Program-made: the position numbers and the translations under genes
DNA from: Scyliorhinus canicula
Lineage: Eukaryota
Length of the DNA: 64,000 nucleotides
NCBI RefSeq assembly: GCF_902713615.1
Contig: NC_052152.1
Location: 68,668,818-68,732,817, forward strand
Reading direction: 5' to 3'
Part shown: piece by piece, positions 62,042 to 64,000 of the stretch
Layout of the letters: each line of letters begins with the position of its first letter
Position numbering within the stretch: position 1 is the stretch's first letter
Notes under the pieces: generated by a model
The model's database searches: none
Seen by the model: the letters and a program-made list of their open reading frames with translations, nothing else
What the model was told of the DNA's origin: nothing

Positions 62042-62240
62042 GGCTAAACAGCTGGTTTGTGATGCAGAACAAGGCCAGCAGTGTGGGTTCAATTCCTCTA
62101 CCAGCTGAGAATACAGAATTTCCCCTCTGTGTACCCGAACAGGCGCTGGAATGTGGCGACTAGGGAATTTTTACAATAACTTCATTGCAGTGTTAATGTA
62201 AACCTACTTGTGACAATAAAGGTTATTTATTTTATTATTT
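62042..62240 (+). mobile_element. Short tRNA-like SINE, second family, inserted in a MITE
   Basis: GGGCTAAACAGCTGG...GGTTCAATTCC...CCTACTTGTGACAATAAA followed by (TTAT)n. Confidence 0.75.
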
Positions 62241-64000
62241 TACAATAGATTCACCGGTGACACGGCCAGTGAGCAATGCAAATAGCCATTGATGTCGGTC
62301 AGACTAGAAGATCCCACCAGCAGCCAATGGCTAGTCACCTCTCTCAGCTGTGGGGGGACCGAAAATCCCATCCACTGTCTGAGAAGACATTCTGTCTCTG
62401 CTGGCAAGCTGCAGTATCAATAATAAAAGGTCCTCGATTAACGCCCTTTGAAGTTAGACCGTGCAGTTCCCAGGTGATCATTAGCAACTCCTCAGAGATA
62501 ACAAGCTCTGATAGTTCTGAAATTGCAGAGTCGTTTCTTTTGTCTTGGGGTCACAGACAGTTAGAGTTTTAGCCATTTTAATGATCTTTGTTCAGTTTTC
62601 ATAATCTTAGAAATAGCCATTAATATATCCATATACATTTATTAAACATATAGTGTAAGGACTGAGTCCCTCACAAGCTCTTAAATACAGAATGATTGTC
62701 CTTCAAAGTATTTTGAAATAGCAGAGGAAAAATAGCTAGAATACGTTGATGAGCAGATGGTACCCGCCACAATGCTGTTTTTGATGTTTTGCTGCAGGAG
62801 ATTTTTGTATAGAAGGATGTTTTTGGTGTTAAATGACAATCTTCCGTGAAGAGCATCACCAGAAAAGACTGGATTAAGTTCAAAGAGTAAATGCAATACT
62901 ACCTGGGAGGAGGTGAGGAAGAAATTTGTTGGTCTCTGAGAAGTTGCTAATGTAAGTGCAAACTTTGCTTGATTTTGCAATCTCGCCCAATACTGCATCG
63001 TGACAATATTTCACTGCGTGCTTCATGTAGCATTACAGACGGTGAATGCACAGTACTCTCAAATGTTTAACCAGACAACACACTCGCATTTATTGTTTCA
63101 GCAGAATACTGTGTTTTGCCCTGTGACACATTATATATGGCAACTAACAAATATCCTGCTGACTGTCAATGCTTAATACCGAAATGCTACATACTGAGGT
63201 CTTGCATGACACACATCTTGTCAATTCCTTGTTCCAACATAATCAATTTGATACTCAGATCAAGTAATGATTATTGATGCCAAAGATAGGTAGGAAAGTA
63301 AGATGTGAGAAAGAAATGAGGCACTTGCAAATGTGTATAGATAGGTTAAGTAAGCGGGCAAAAATTTGGCAGATGGAGTATAATGTGGGAAAATATGAAT
63401 CTCACCCATAGTGGCATATTTGTTCTCAAGCAGGCATTTTAAAGCATGCTGTGCCATTAATTCCTACAGTGGCAAACACCAGTATGTGTATATTTATTGC
63501 AGGGACAGTTCATTAGTTGTAAGAGGAAGCACTTTGTGAAACAAAGTGCACAGGCGAGCAGCAGCAAATGTAGGTGCATTGGAGAATCTGCTGGCAAGAT
63601 GTTCCACTTGAGTAATCTGTGATTTAGACCTTCCTACAAATATTGGGCATTCAGTTTGGAGAGTGCAAAGCAGCATGCAAGCTTGAAAAGCATCCATGGC
63701 AGAAGCCATAAATATGGCGTCTGTGTAGTGTTGCATGACCAAGCTGCAGAACATTGGGGGGGGGGGGGGAGGGAATTTGTATCCGACTTCTCTACATGCT
63801 GAAATCACTATCTTTGTAGGTACATCACAGGGGAAGTGTCAAGAGCAGACAGCAAAGCAGAGAAAATCAATTTCATCACAATAGGATGTATTTGTACATT
63901 ACCTTGTGTAATCACAGAGGTGTACATAGCTTTCAGAGCGGGTAGCATGCATACTCTTCAGGTGGGAATTGCATTTGGCACAGGAGACTAAACTAACCAA

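Overview
Eukaryotic DNA, most likely from a cartilaginous fish (catshark-like); this is inferred from the V-domain/HE1-type SINEs, CR1/HER1-type LINEs and DeuSINE. The only host gene I can find is an IgLON-family neural adhesion gene, most like LSAMP, on the minus strand. Three internal exons (21559-21425, 17032-16912, 14911-14760) splice in frame through canonical GT-AG sites and encode the second half of Ig2 and all of Ig3. The upstream exons and the GPI-anchor exon were not found, so most of the window is intron. The introns are packed with nested transposable elements. (1) A complete 5.8-kb two-gene PIF/Harbinger element (spliced Myb/SANT gene plus DDE transposase, CAT target duplication) inserted into the integrase of a Gypsy element, with several mosaic MITE derivatives elsewhere in the window. 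(2) A two-LTR Gmr1-type Gypsy element (integrase before RT, tRNA-Pro PBS, RT core deleted). (3) A full-length CR1 LINE with an esterase-type ORF1. (4) A TSD-bounded but internally deleted L1. (5) Many SINEs. The most unusual single observation is a 125-bp inverted copy of this gene's own intron (16275-16400) sitting between two copies of a CR1 3' tail at 35142-35304, which looks like a reverse-transcriptase template jump onto the host pre-mRNA. No prokaryotic systems, CRISPR arrays, rRNA or true tRNA genes were seen. All family assignments come from recognised motifs, not database searches.
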